Below, one piece after another: positions 27,438 through 41,670 of a stretch of 64,000 nucleotides of DNA. Origin of the DNA: the human T2T-CHM13v2.0 reference genome, Homo sapiens; NCBI RefSeq assembly GCF_009914755.1, contig NC_060927.1. The stretch is one strand, 5' to 3'. The notes under the pieces are model-generated. The model was not told where the DNA came from. It saw only the letters and a list, made by a program, of their open reading frames with translations, and did no database searches. Each line of letters opens with the position of its first letter. The first letter of the stretch is position 1. A program made the translations under genes and the position numbers.

Positions 27438-29521
27438 TATTGGGGTTTTTTAAAAATAGAATCATTTCATCTGCAAACAGAGATAGTTACACTTTCTCTC
27501 TTCCTATTTGGATGCCCTTGATCTCTTTCTCTTGCCTGATTGTCCTGGCCAGGACTTCCAAAACTACATGGCGAGAGAGGGCATCTTTGTCTTGTGCTGG
27601 TTTCTAGGGGAATGCTTTCAGCTTTTGTTCATTTAATATGATGTTGACTGTGGGTTTGTTATACATAGCTCATTATTTTCAGGTATGTTTCTTCAGTACA
27701 TAGTTTATTGAGAGTTTTCATGATGAATGGATGTTGAATTTTATCAAAAGCCATTTCTGCATCTATTGACAAAATCATGTGATTTTTGCCTTTAGTTCTG
27801 TTATGTGATGAATCACATTTATTGATATTTGTGTGTTGAACCAATTGCATCCCAGGGATAAAGTCTACTTGTTCATGGTGGAGAAGATTTTGGATGCGCT
27901 GCTGGATTCTGTTTGCTAGTATGTGACTGAGAGCTCTGCATCCATGTCCACCAAGTATACTGGCCTGAAGTGTTTCTTGGTTTGTTTTTGTTGTTGTTGT
28001 ATCTCTGCCAAGTTTTGGTGTCAGGCTGATGTTGGCCTCACAGAATGAGTTAGGAAGAAGTCTTTCCTCCTCAATTTTTTGGAATAGTTTCAGTATGAAT
28101 GGTACCAGCTCTTCTGTCTACATATGGTACAATTCCACTATGAATCCATCTGGTCCTGGGCTTTTTTTTTTTTTTTTTTTTTTTTTTTTGATGGACTATT
28201 TATTACTGCCTCAGGTCTGTTTGGGGATTCAATTTCTTCCTGGTTCATTCTTGGGAAGGAGTATGTGTCCAAGAATTTATCTATTTCTTTGAGAGATTCT
28301 AGTATATGTGCACAGAGGTATTCATTGTATTGTCTGATGGTTGTTCGTATTTCTGTGGGGTCAGTGGTAATGTTCCTCTTGTTTCTGATTGTGTTTATTT
28401 GAAACTTCTCTCTTTTCTTCTTTATCAGTTTAGCTAGTTGTCTATTTTAATTTTTTCAAAAATTCAGCTCCTGAATTTGTTGATCTTTTGAGTGGTCTTT
28501 CATGTCTCACTATCCTTCAGTTCAGCTTTTATTTTGGTTATTTATTGTCTTCCAGCTTTAGGGTTTGTTTTCTCTTGGTTCTCTAGTTCTTTTAGTTGTG
28601 ATGTTAGGTTGTTAAATTCAGATCTTTATAGCTTTTTGATGTAGGCATTTAGTGCTATAAATTTCCCTTTTAACACTGCCTTGGCTATGTCCCAGGGATT
28701 CTGGTATGTTGTATCTTTGTTCTCATTAGTTTCAAAGAAGTTCTTGATTTCTATCTTAATTTCATTATTTACCTAAAAGCCATTCAGGAGCAGGTTATTC
28801 CATTTCCATTTAATTGCATGGTTTTGAGTGAATTTCTTCATCTTGATTTTTAATTTGATGGCATTAGGTTCCAAGAGACTGATGATTATAATTTCAGTTA
28901 CTTTGCATTTGCTGAGGAGTATTTTCCTTTTGATTATGTGATCCATTTTAGAGTATTTCTCATGAGGTATTGAGAAGAATGTATACTTTGTTGTTTTTGG
29001 GTGGAGAGTTCTATAGATAGCTACCAGATCTATTTGATCCCATGCTGAGTTTAGGTCCTGAATATCTTTGTTAATTTTCTGTCTCACTTATCTGTCTCAT
29101 ATAGTCAGTGGAGTTTTAAAGTCTCCCACTATTATTGTGGGAGTATCTAAGTCTCCTTGAAGTTCTCTAAGAACTTGCTTTATGAATCTGGGTGCTCCTT
29201 TGTTGGGTGCGTATATATTTAGGATAGTTAGCTCATCTTGTTGAATTGAACCCTTTACCATTATGTAATGCCCTTCTTTGCATTCTTTAATCTTTGTTGG
29301 TTTGAGGTCTATTTTGTCTGCAACTAGGTTTGCAACATCTACTTTGTTCTGTTTTCCATTTGTTTGGTAGATTTGTCTCCATCCTTTTATTTTGAGCCTG
29401 TGTGTGTCACTGCACGTGAAATGGGTTTCTTGAAGATAACATACCAATGGATCTTGGATCTTTATCCAGCTTGTCAGTCTGTGTATTTTAATTGTGGCTT
29501 TTATCCCATTTACATTTAAGG

Positions 29522-29633
29522 AAATTCTCCAACCTAGATAAAGAGCACAACATTCAAATTCAGGAAATACAGAGAACCCCAGTAAGATACTTCACAAGAA
29601 GATTATCCCCAAGGCATATAATCATCAGATTCT
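29522..29633 (+). mobile_element. Inverted L1 ORF1 fragment (5' inversion of the adjacent L1)
   Basis: Encodes PNLDKEHNIQIQEIQRTPVRYFTRRLSPRHIIIRF (L1 ORF1p) and directly abuts the antisense ORF2 start. Confidence 0.88.
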
Positions 29634-30230
29634 AAAAAGAAAATATCCAAACCCAAACAATTTTATGATCAATTATACTAAACTTTCCTTAAACACAGTT
29701 ATAAAAATAAAAATAAAAAGAGAAATAGCTATGTAATTCATTTTACTAAACCATATGATTCTAAGCCCCAAAGCAGAATAAGGGGGATTATTCAATAGAT
29801 ACAAAAAAAAAGGTATTTTACAGGTGAGAAAATTGAGACATACAAAGATGAAGCCACCCCTCAATGTCACACAATGAGTTAAGTAGAGGATCTGGGTGGT
29901 AATACTTGTTAATCACAAAGGAGTCTTGTGATTGGCATTTATAGTTATAGTTTATGAAATTAGTAGAGTTATATTTTAACTTTTGATATTTCAGAGTTCT
30001 AGATATAAATTTTTCCAAAGCATAATCTATTTCTAGAACAATAAAAATGAGCCTTGAGGACTATCAGGTTCAGTTCTGTTATTTCACAAAGGAGGGAATC
30101 AAGACAGAGGACCCTGCATTGGTGACTGAGTCATGTATTCTTATTCCATTTGTGCTGGTTAGAATAAATATTAAGTACTATGTTTAGAAAAAAAGCATAT
30201 AAAGCTAGAAATACACTAGAACTTTCTTAA

Positions 30231-30603
<373 letters not shown>

Positions 30604-30959
30604 TATATTTTCTTTAAGGTCAAGAATAAGATAAAAAGGTCCAGTTAACACAGGAGTATAACAGGGGAAGAAATTAACAGGTGGTATAGAGATACCAAGG
30701 GAAGAGACACAACTGGCATTATCTGCAGACGATAGAACTGACTACACTGAAATTGCAATAGAACTAAAAAAAAATAGAATTATGGAATTTATCTGGGATT
30801 CTAAATTCAAGATGAATTTACAAAATGCAAAACATTTTTAGATTTTTTTAAAAAAATTTACATTAATAATATCCTACTAGGTTATATCTTAGATACCTTT
30901 TGTGATAGAAAAAAATGGGAATTCACTTGACAAAAATTTACCTTGCACTAGGAATTTAT

Positions 30960-31330
30960 ACAGAAAAAAGTAATATTAAAGATTATAAAGAATATAAAAC
31001 ATGAACTAATAAAGAAATTCATTTCATGTTTATGGATGGATTAACATTATAAACGTGCCAATGCTCCCCCAAATTAGTCTATAAATTCAAATCAAATTTG
31101 AGTCAAAATCCAACAGGTTTTTTTTCTGGAACCCAGTAAAATTATTTAAAATTTTACCTTGAAGTATAAAAATACACAATGGTTAATTTGTAGAAAGAAC
31201 AAATATTCATCCTTCCCAATATTGGGATATATCAAAAAGCACAGGAGTTTTAAAAATATTATGAAACTAGTTCAATAACTAGACCAATAAAACCTGAGTG
31301 AGAACTTAGAAAAACATTAATGCACATGTG
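30960..31330 (+). mobile_element. Old L1M(E) ORF2 fragment
   Basis: CATGTTTATGGATGGA...CCCCAAATTAGTCTATAAATTCAA L1 ORF2-like. Confidence 0.6.
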
Positions 31331-31344
31331 AAATAAAGTGGAGT

Positions 31345-31590
31345 AGAATGCTGGGGTTAAGGGCATAGATAACAGAGCTAGACTGCTTATATCCCAAAAC
31401 ATGGTTCTAGTACTTATTTATGTGACCTTGGCCTAGTACTCACCATTCTGTGCTTCAGTTTTCTGTTCTCTAAAATAAGAATTAAAAACAGTATCTTCTT
31501 TATTTGGTTGTTGTAAGAACCAGTTGAGTATAGTACTCAGAACAGTAGTTGGCATAGGGTAGGTTCTCCATAAAGATTAGTCATTATCAG
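31345..31590 (+). mobile_element. MIR SINE
   Basis: TGTGACCTTGG...TGCTTCAGTTTTCTGTTCTCTAAAAT. Confidence 0.7.
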
Positions 31591-32192
31591 AGACCTGTGT
31601 TGAGAGGCTGTGTCTCAAAGGATGTTAAATTCCGTCAAGTGCTTTTTTTGAATCTGTTGAGATAATAATATGCTTGTTATCCTTCATTTTGTTAATGTGC
31701 TATATCTCATTAATTAATTTGCATTTGTTGAATCATCCTTGTATCCCAGGGAGAAACACTGCTTGATTATGGCATGTGAGCCTTTTATGTGATGTTTAAT
31801 TTTGTTTGCTAGTATTCTCTTGAGGATTTTTGCATCTATATTTATCAAAGATATTAGCCTATAATTTTCTTTTCTTGTACTGCCCTTGTCTAGTTTTGGT
31901 ATCAGGATACTGATGGCCTTGTAAAATGAGTTTAGAAATATTTACTCTTCTTTAATATTTTGGAAGAGCTTGAGAAGAATTGGTACTATGTCTTCTTAAA
32001 TTGTTTGGTAGAATTTACCAGTGAAGTAATCTGGTCCTGGGCTTTTATTTACTGAGAGATTCTTGATTAAATCTTCTTCCTTATTATTGGTCTGTTCAGA
32101 TTTTCTATTTCTTTATGATTCAGCTTTAGTAGGTTGTATTTTTCTAGGAATGTGTCTTTATTTTCTATGTTATGCAATTTGTTGGCGTATAA

Positions 32193-32412
<220 letters not shown>

Positions 32413-32474
32413 GAGCCTTTTTTCTTAATCTAGCTAAAAGTTAGTAAATTTTGCTTACCTTTCCAAAGATAAAC

Positions 32475-32631
32475 TCTTAATTTGGTTTACCATTTTTATT
32501 GGTCTCTGGTGTTTATTACATTTATTTCAGCCATAGTATTTGTTTTCCTTACAGTAATGTTCTTAATTTGGTTTACTATTTTTATTGGTCTCTGGTCTTT
32601 ATTACATTTATTTCAGCCATAATATTTGTTT
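32475..32631. repeat. Direct duplication of ~71 bp, period 86 bp, inside L1
   Basis: TCTTAATTTGGTTTAC.ATTTTTATTGGTCTCTGGT.TTTATTACATTTATTTCAGCCATA.TATTTGTTT at 32475 and 32561. Confidence 0.9.
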
Positions 32632-32678
32632 CTTTTTTTCCTCTACTAACCTTGGACTTGGTTCCTTAAAAGTTATGA

Positions 32679-32993
<315 letters not shown>

Positions 32994-34046
32994 ATTAGAG
33001 TTTTTTCTTAATGTGTGATAAGTATCTATCACTATAAAATTCCTTGTAGAACTGTTTTTGCTGCATGTCCTAAGTTTGGTATATTGTGTTTCTATTTTTG
33101 TTTTTCTCAAGGTATTTTTAAATTTCCCTTTTGATTTCTTCTTTGACCCATTAGTTGAGGAGTATGTTGTTTACTTTCCACATATGTGTGAATTTTTAAG
33201 TTTTCCTCCTATTATTGATTTCTAGCTTCCTACCATTGTGGTTGAAAAATATAAGCTTGATATGATTTCAGTCTTCTTAAATTTGCTAAGACTTGTTTTG
33301 TGGTTTAACAAATGAACTATCCTGGAGAATATTCTGTGCACACTAGAGAAGATGTGTATTGTCCTGCTGCTGGATAGAATGTTCTGTATATGTCTGACAG
33401 GGTCATTTGGTTTAAAGTGTAGTTCAAGTCCATTGTTTCTTTTTTTTATTTTCTGTCTAGATAATCTATCCATTGTTAAAAATAGGGTATTTACTTTTCC
33501 TACATTACTGTATTGCTGTTTATTTTTCCCTTCAGTTATGTTAGTATTTGATTTTTATAGTTGGTTGTTCTGATGTTAAGTTCATATATGTATTTATAAT
33601 TCCACATTCTTTTGATGAAATGCCTACTTTATTATTATGTAATGACCCTCTTTGTCTCTTATTATAGTTTTTTATTTAAAGTTTATTTTGTCTTGTGTAA
33701 TATATCCACCCCTTCTCTATTTCTATTTCCATTGACATGGCATCTCTTTTTTCTTCACTTCACTTTCATCCTATGTGTGTCCTTAAAGCTGAAGTGAGTT
33801 TCCTGTAGTCGACATATAGTTGGGCCTTGTTTTCTTTTATTCGTTCAGTTACTCCATGTCACTTTCTGAGAGAATTTAATTAAAGTAATCAAAAATAGGC
33901 AAGAACTTACTACTAACAAAATCAATTTTGTTAATTTTGTTCTGGCTGTTTTTAGTTCCTTTGTTTCTTTCTCCCTCTCTTGCTGTCATCCTTTTTTTAT
34001 TTAGTGATTGTCTCCAATGGTATGCTTTGTTTCCTTTCTGCTTATC

Positions 34047-34160
34047 TTTTTGTATCTACTACAGATTTTTGCCTTTTTGTATCTACTATAGATTTTTTTA
34101 TCTACTATAGATTTTTGCGTTCTGTATCTACTGTAGATTTTTCATCTATAGTAGATTTTA
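34047..34160. repeat. Degenerate array of five ATCTACTATAGAT units, last copy inverted
   Basis: Units at 34054, 34081, 34100, 34126; ATCTATAGTAGAT at 34144. Confidence 0.8.
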
Positions 34161-36805
34161 CCATGAGGCTAACATAAAACATCTTATAGCTATAACAGTG
34201 TATTTGAAGCTGTTAACAACTTAATTTTGATTGCATACAAAATTCTACACTTTTACACCCCTCTCCACATTTTGTTTCTGATGTCACAATTTACATTTTT
34301 TATACTGTGTATCTATTAACAAGCTATTGTAGTTACTGTTATTTTTAATACTTTGTATTTTAACTTTTATACCAGAGTTAAAAGTGATTTACACACCACC
34401 ATTACAGTATTAGAGTATTCTGAATTTGGAAATATTTGTATTTACTTTTACCAATGAGTTTTATACTTTGATATGTTGCAATGATACACATTCCTCTTTT
34501 TGGCATGAAGAATGCCTTTTAGCATTTTTTTCATGGCAGATCTAATGGTGATAAACTCTCTCAGCTTTTTTTTTTTTTTTTTTTTTTTTGGTCTGGAAAA
34601 CTATATCTTCTTCATTTCTGAAAAACAGATTTTCTGCATAAAATATTTTTGGTTGGTTGGTTGTTCTTTCAGCACTTTGAATATAGCATCACTCTCTCCT
34701 TGCCTGTTAAGTGCCTCCTGAGAAATCTTCAGATAGTCTTATTAAGTTTCCCTTGTATGTGATGAATCTTTTTTTCTCTTGCTGTTTTAAATATTCTTTG
34801 TCTTTGATTTTTGACACTTTTCTTATGATATTTCTTGGTAAACTCATCTTTGGATTGATCTTGTGTGGAAACTTTTGAGCTTCATGTGCTTGAATGTCTA
34901 CATTTTTTCTCTTATTTGGAAAGTTTTCAGCCATTTTTCAAAAATAAGATTTCTTTCCCATTCTGTCTCTTTTCTCCAGATTCTTTCTTCTTCTTAGTAA
35001 CATCTGCTCTTGATCATCTCTATTGCATTTTTATTCTATTCATTGTGTTCTTCAGGTCCAAAATTTCTGGGTTCTTTAAATGATAAACTTCTCATTTGTT
35101 CATGTATTGTTTTCCTGATGTTATTGAACCTGTGTTCTCTTGTAGCTCACTGAACTTCCTTAAAGCAATTATTTTGAATTGTCAGGTACTTCATAGATCT
35201 CCATTTCTTCAAGCTCAGTTACTGAAAAATTATTGCATTTGTCTAGTAGTGTCATGTTTCCTTGATGTTTCATGTTCCTTGTAGAATTGGGATACTTTTG
35301 CATTTGAAGAAATCATATCCTCTAGTTTTTAATTACTGGCTTTGGGAGAAAAACACCTTCACAGTCAACCCTACTAGGAATTCTGGGGTTCCCTAAGACC
35401 TTTCCTATAAATGTATTCCCTACACAACTCTTCTTCCCTCTTGGAGTTGGAGGTGGGGGCAATTCTTATGATTATATGACTTCTCTTGATCCTGAAAAGT
35501 CATTCTGGGTGCTGATAGCCACCTATTTGTTTTTCCTAGAGTGGCCTCCTAAAATGTCCAAGTTTGTGTGCCTCCTCACAATTCTGCAGAGTTGAACCAG
35601 GTGTCTTCCCATGTCTATGAGCCATCTGCAGAGGCTTGCACTAACATTTTAGGGGAGCTTACATAGGAAGCTTGCCACAGTGTAGCATGGGTAAGACACA
35701 TGAAGCATTAGGGTGTTCTTGGGCCATTTGAGTCCATCTACAGGTGAAGAATTCCAAGTGGCTCATCCCAAAAGGCTGTTTGGGTGTCTGAAGTAGTTAG
35801 TAGAATCCAAAATCCATTTTTGGGTTCTGAGTCCTCATTTTTATAATTGCCTATCTCTCGTCCCTGAACCCAGTCTCTCCTCACCACTCCACTGTGCCAG
35901 TCACCCCAGTGTTCTGCGTACGGTGAGAAAAAAGTGGGCCTTTTGGGCAGCGCTCCACTTATCTGTGGAAGCTAAGTGCTTTTTCACTATTCTCTCACTT
36001 TCCCATATGGGTGAAATCATGGGCTGAAAAGTCTTTTATTTGTATCACATTGTCCTGTTTTAGGGAGGGGTTAATGCAAATGAAGTGAAACTGTTTTTCT
36101 TACTCTTTTTCAATATGTCTATTCCTGGATTTTTTGTTCCAGCTCTGTGCTGAACTTTTCTGCTGGATTCCTGGACTCTTACAAAGGTATTCTCATCTGT
36201 AGGTGGTTGTCAAAATTTATGCTTCTGTTGGAGATTGCAGTAGAAAATTTTTATTCTGCCACTTTGCTTTTGTCATTCAAATAATTATGGTTAGTGAAGA
36301 AGATATAAAGGGATATATCTTTATGATAAATAACTACCTCTCATTAAGAATTAAGATGATGAAAGCAAGCATAGAATGTAGGAAGGCGTATGTGTACACA
36401 TCCTCATTCTTTCAAATGGAGAGATAATAAATTTCAAAGCTTATAAATTAGGAAATAGTTTTATAAATGCAATCAGAACACAGCTATCTAAATTGCAAAA
36501 AAAAGAAACATGAAAACCAAAGCATGCTAAAGAAAGCAAATGCAATCTATAAAGGAGATCAAAAGAAGCCCTGAAAACAAAGTCAAATATAAAATTATTA
36601 GTTCTAAATATAGAAAATGTGCTGAATTTCCAAAGCCCACCATTCATATTTTTAATACACTTTCCAGCTCACATTTTCTGTCTGTGACATACTATTGTTT
36701 CCTATTCCCAAGAGCTGGTTTAATATTTGATTCACCTTTGTGTCCAGTTCCATGCATACAGTAGGCATTACAAAATTTAAAAATGCTCAATTTATAATGA
36801 ATATA

Positions 36806-37608
36806 TGAGAGAACTTACAAAAAGATCATGGAAAATGTAATTAATAGATACAAATTAAAAAAACTAAACTTTACTTCTCAACATAAACTCCATCTAAGTC
36901 AACACACTTTTGTAAGTGATCATCCCAGTGACTTAGTTCACCCCTAAAGAACTGAGGGCCCTGGGAAGGTCACCATGTCAATACAGTCTATTTTACATTA
37001 TTAACATAATTTACATAATTATAAATGGGTGCCCTCTAAAGATTCTTTTAAAAGATTTTTAAGATTAGGAAACAAAAAGAAGTCAGAAGGAGCTGAATCA
37101 GGCCAGGGATAATTGTGTAAGCTGAACCACTTGAGATGTCTATGGTGTTGGCTATTGTTTTTGCTGTTAATCATCAATCCTCTTCAATTAGGACATGAAG
37201 ATTAATTTTTTCTTGCAAATTGATGTGGATGGTCTGCTGCTGTGAGCTTCATCTTCAACATCATCTCATCCCTTCTTAAAATGAATTATCTGTCTGTTAA
37301 CTGCTGATTTCTTTGGGACATTGTCCCCATAAACTTTTTGTAAAGAACTAATGATTTCACCATTCCTCCACTCAAACTTATGCAAACCTTTGATGTTTGT
37401 TCTTGCTTCAATTTTAGCAGAATTTGTGTTGCTGTCTGACAGGGGCTCTTTTTAAGTTGGTGTCTTATCCTTAGTGCCACAAATGAGATCCTGTTCAGAC
37501 ATGTTAAGACAAGTTAGTACAAGTTTATTTTGTTGCCAAAAAAAAAAATGAAATACATGCATAGTGTTTTTATACTATGCATTTTTAATGAACTTTGAAG
37601 ACACCTCA
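36806..37608 (-). mobile_element. HSMAR2 mariner, internally deleted
   Basis: Both terminal inverted repeats recognisable with TA flanks; minus-strand transposase remnant NSAKIEARTNIK...KVYGDNVPKKSAV...DDVEDEAHSSRPSTS; deletion junction near 37105. Confidence 0.9.
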
Positions 37609-37744
37609 TATGTATTTAGAAGCCTAGGTAAAGGAAAGTGAAAGATTTTTTAAATACCATTCAAAGTTCATTGATTCTACCTTTTATGACAATATGATTT
37701 TGAGGAGGTTTGAAGAACGGTTAAGAATAATGCATTAAGCTTTA

Positions 37745-38262
37745 CCTGCTTGGCCTGAGGAATTCAGTTTAGAGGCTTAGAAAAAAACACACACACACAC
37801 AAAATGGCACACTCAAACTGGAAATTAGAAGAGGGTTTTATAAAGCCTTTCTTTTGGCAATACTATGTTTTCTGTGTAGGAAAACTGTAACAAACTGCTC
37901 ACTACCCTAGGACTACTAACAATGAAGCACTGCTACCATCCGGAGCCTACTGAGAGTGAAGTGAAGAAATAGTTTTCCAAAGAGAGAGAGAGAGAGAAGT
38001 CTACCTGACAGAAATTGTGACCTTCCATCCAGAAAGTCAGCATTTAACAATCCTTGTGAAAGACTGAATAGGAGAATAACACTCTGACTTCACTCCCCTC
38101 ACACTCACCAAACTCGTGGAAGTGTCTTGTATTGGTTAAACAACTGAATGCTAGAAGACAAAGGAGCCAATTGATTCAGCTTACAAGGTGAGCCTCCCTG
38201 AGCAAAGTGCAGATAGAAAAAGCTGGGTAGAGATTCTGGAAGGACAAACAGATTTCAGCACA
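37745..38262 (-). mobile_element. Old ERVL-type LTR (LTR79/LTR33-like)
   Basis: ATGGCACACTCAAA; reverse-complement start TGTGCTG...CCTTCCAGAATCTC...CAGGGAGGCTCACC. Confidence 0.5.
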
Positions 38263-39179
38263 AAGACTTTACTTCTTATAACTGGGAGGATAAGGTTTAT
38301 GTCAATTTTTTCCATGGTATTCAGATAAAGATGTATTGTATTAATAAATGCAATGTGTTGATTCTGAGCTTCTGTTTGATCCATAATTATAGCCTCTGCC
38401 TTCTTTATATCAAATATCTTTTCAAATAAAAATGAAAAATGACATTCTCCACTCTCAGATAAAGGATTCTCAGTCACAGATCTTATTTTGTTTTCCCTGA
38501 GTTAGAAAATTGGGTTTATAATCTAGTTTCTGGTCAATACAAAATAAGTCATGAATAACTGAGTTTTCTATTCTGCAACAATTTTCTGACCATGCAATTC
38601 TCAGTGTAGCAAAGATGAATTTATTTCTCTGCAAAGCAGAGCCAAAGAAATAGCTGAAGAGTGTCTTCTCTCTTGGCTTCTAGAGAAGCCAGTCCTTTGG
38701 TGCCAAATATTACATGACCCTTTTTACCACATCATTAATAAGGACAGATGTTTTGAATTGAGGATCAAACAAAAGCCAAAATATGCTCTTGACCTTAAAG
38801 GACAGGATGAAACTCCACTGTACTATAATGCTTTTTTTTTCATCCGAAGACATTATTTTGGTGTGCATTCTTTCTGTTACAAATCTGTCAAGCAAATTAA
38901 AATGCTTTCTTAGTCTCTCTTAACTAGTTAAATTTGAGCTCTGTAGAACTATTATCAACTGCTCTTAAGACAGTATAACATAGATGAGATTCTCATCAAT
39001 GAATTGAACTTTAGGTCTCGGGTTAAAAGGAGGTAGAATGCCGTGATATATTTTCATAACCTCTTTTATTTTTATAAAATTCACATAAAACATGCCAGAT
39101 AATGGTTCTTCATGGTAAAGTTTGGGGTTTATAATATGTTTTTATATTCTAGTCAATTTATTTTCCCACTTACACAATC

Positions 39180-40390
39180 ATGATTTCAAACATTCAGTTC
39201 TCTACTCCCATACCTACCTTCTTATTCTCAGAAGAGTTAAGAGATGCCTGAAGAGCTCCACTTAGATGTCACATTGGTACCTAAAATTTTTTATTTCTTC
39301 TTTAAATATTCCTTTCCTCTGAGATTTTCTGTTTCATCAAATGGCATACCTATCATCCAGTTTCCAAAGCAGAAATCTGGGAGTTTATTGAATTACCACT
39401 ATTCATTACACATCCCACCACATCTGCAATTGCCATAGATTGGGTTCCCTAAGAAGCAAACTCTGAAGCACAAATTAGTATACACAAGTTTACTAGGAAG
39501 TACCCTTGGGATCAACAGCTGTGGAAGGGGGAAAATATGCAGTATTGGGTAAAGGGAAAAGTTGAGTTGAGATGCAGTCTCAATGGAAGTCTCAGCTAAC
39601 CCCACGTTTATTCCTGAAAAGACAGCTATAACTTCATGATGAATTGTCATTCAATATGTGCCACTCCAGGAAGGTGTGCAATCTCAGGAAAGAGATTTTT
39701 CCAGCTAAAGGTGAGGCTTTTTAGCAGCAACATTCCCTGAAGTGTGAATTTCACTGATATGGCATCCACTGTACCAATAAATCACCTTATCCTATCATTT
39801 CATTTCTTAAATTGCCCTCAAGTCAATCCACTACTTTGTGTCTCTACTTCCACTATCCTAGTTCAAGTCATTAACATCTTCCCCATAATGTCAACTTTAT
39901 AAAGGGTGTCATTGTATCCAGTATATTTCCCTTGTAATTTATTTTCTGCCCAGCTGTGTAATCTTTATAAATCACTTATTGAACCATCTCTCTCTGCTTA
40001 AAACTCCCATTGCTGTTACCATAAAACATCAGTTCCTTATTATGACCAGTAAGGCTCTAAAAATCTTTTCTCTGCATGCCTCTTCTTTAACATCCTGAAA
40101 CCACTTACCTCCTCTCAAGCTATCCTCTGGCAATAACTGCCTCCCGTGAGCCTCTAAATGTTGGTTGTATACATCACTTATCTTTTATGTTTATTTCCTC
40201 TATCATCAAACTTTCCTAAAAAAGAAAAGAACTTTCCTGTTATAAAAATGTTTTACAATTTTCTACCACTATTATTTTAATTTGTACAAATTGCTTGCTA
40301 AATAGCCTCTTAAAGACAGAATCAACATGGCCCAGTATATGGCACATGTTAATAAATGTTAATAAATTTGTTGATTGAATGTATGAGTGT
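39180..40390 (+). mobile_element. L2 relic containing an LTR16/33-like insertion (~39430-39770, -)
   Basis: CTCCACTTAGATGTC, CATCCAGTTTCCAAAGCAGAAATCTGGGAG and 3' AATAAATTTGTTGATTGAATG; LTR end TTGGGTTCCCTAAGAAGCAAACTCTGA. Confidence 0.6.
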
Positions 40391-40751
40391 TATCTAAAGT
40401 AATTGCCTAAGTTGATATAGGAGAATATGCCAACATTTCTGAATCATTGATAAGTGTAATGCAATAATATTTCCATCCTAATTTGATAATATAATTTTTT
40501 AAGCTTTTCATTTTTCTGCAAGAAAATTAAGCCAATTTATAATAATTGCTTATAACAGTGTGTTCTCAGGTAGACTTCTGTTTGTATATCAATATATTAT
40601 CTACTGTACCAGGTTGACTGAATGGTATTTTTACATTGTAAAGACATAATCTTATACCTTCTTCAATAACCATAATTAAAAGATCACACTGGAATAATAT
40701 GCAGAAATACTGCTATGAAGGAAAGTAGAAACAGTGAACTCATTTTGAGAA

Positions 40752-41233
40752 TGTATCAGTTTTCTACTACTGCCCTGTGAAACTTAATGGCTTAAAACAA
40801 TACGAATTCATCATTCTTTAGTTCGATAGGTCAGGAGTCAGACATAAATCCCACTGAGCTAAAATTAAGGTATTTGGCATGGCTGTATTTATTTCTCGAA
40901 GCTCTTGGATGTTTTCTTTCCATTTCCAATTTCCATGGGCCTCATACAGTCTTTGGCTCACAGGCTCTTCTTCTACCCTCAAAGCCAGCAACGCCAGGTT
41001 AATTCATTCTTACATTGTATCTCTCTGACTAGCCACATCTGGGAAAAATTCTCTGTTTTTAACAGCTTACAATTAATTTAGACCCTCCCAGATAATCCAG
41101 GGTAATCTCTTATTATAGTCTGTGCCCCTACTCAAGTTTGCAAAATACTTTTTGACATGTAAAATAAATATTTACAAGTTTCATAAGATTATGGTATCAG
41201 CATCTTTCAGTAGTCATTACTCTACCTAATACT
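40752..41233 (-). mobile_element. MaLR LTR (MLT1D-like)
   Basis: TGTATCAGTTTTCTA start, AATGGCTTAAAACAA, CAGATAATCCAGGGTAATCTC. Confidence 0.75.
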
Positions 41234-41670
41234 ACCTGAGGTGGTTCTTAGAAAGATAGTCTAGTAATATTAATTTAGTAATATTTTAATAATCAAAGAA
41301 TTTTTAATTTAGACTTTTTTAGTCAAATATTTAAATTAAAATTTAAACAAGTAACATTTGAACAAATAAGTATATATAAATATGTTTATATTTACTGTAA
41401 ATAAATACATATATTTACTGTATATGTAAATTTTATGCTAACATATACTGTTGACTTCAAATTATAGGAGATCCTTATTATCCAAAGTACTTAAAACGAA
41501 TCCTTTTAAGTGGGAAACATACACTAATAAATAATAAAAATCAAGTTTAATAATTTATCTTTTTAAAAAATCTAAAATTCATTTGAATTTATTTCATTTC
41601 CAATTTAACAATGTAAACTATACTTGTAATTAGATGGTTGTTCTTAGAAATAAAAAATGAAGCAAGCATC

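Noticed and set aside
28773-29447. ORFs with endonuclease motifs (LQETH, IYAP, GDF)
   Set aside because: Frameshifted, stop-containing remnants of L1 ORF2, not an intact enzyme
34047-34160. CRISPR-like palindromic repeat array
   Set aside because: Spacers are only 5-14 nt and low complexity, the context is a primate L1, and there are no cas genes
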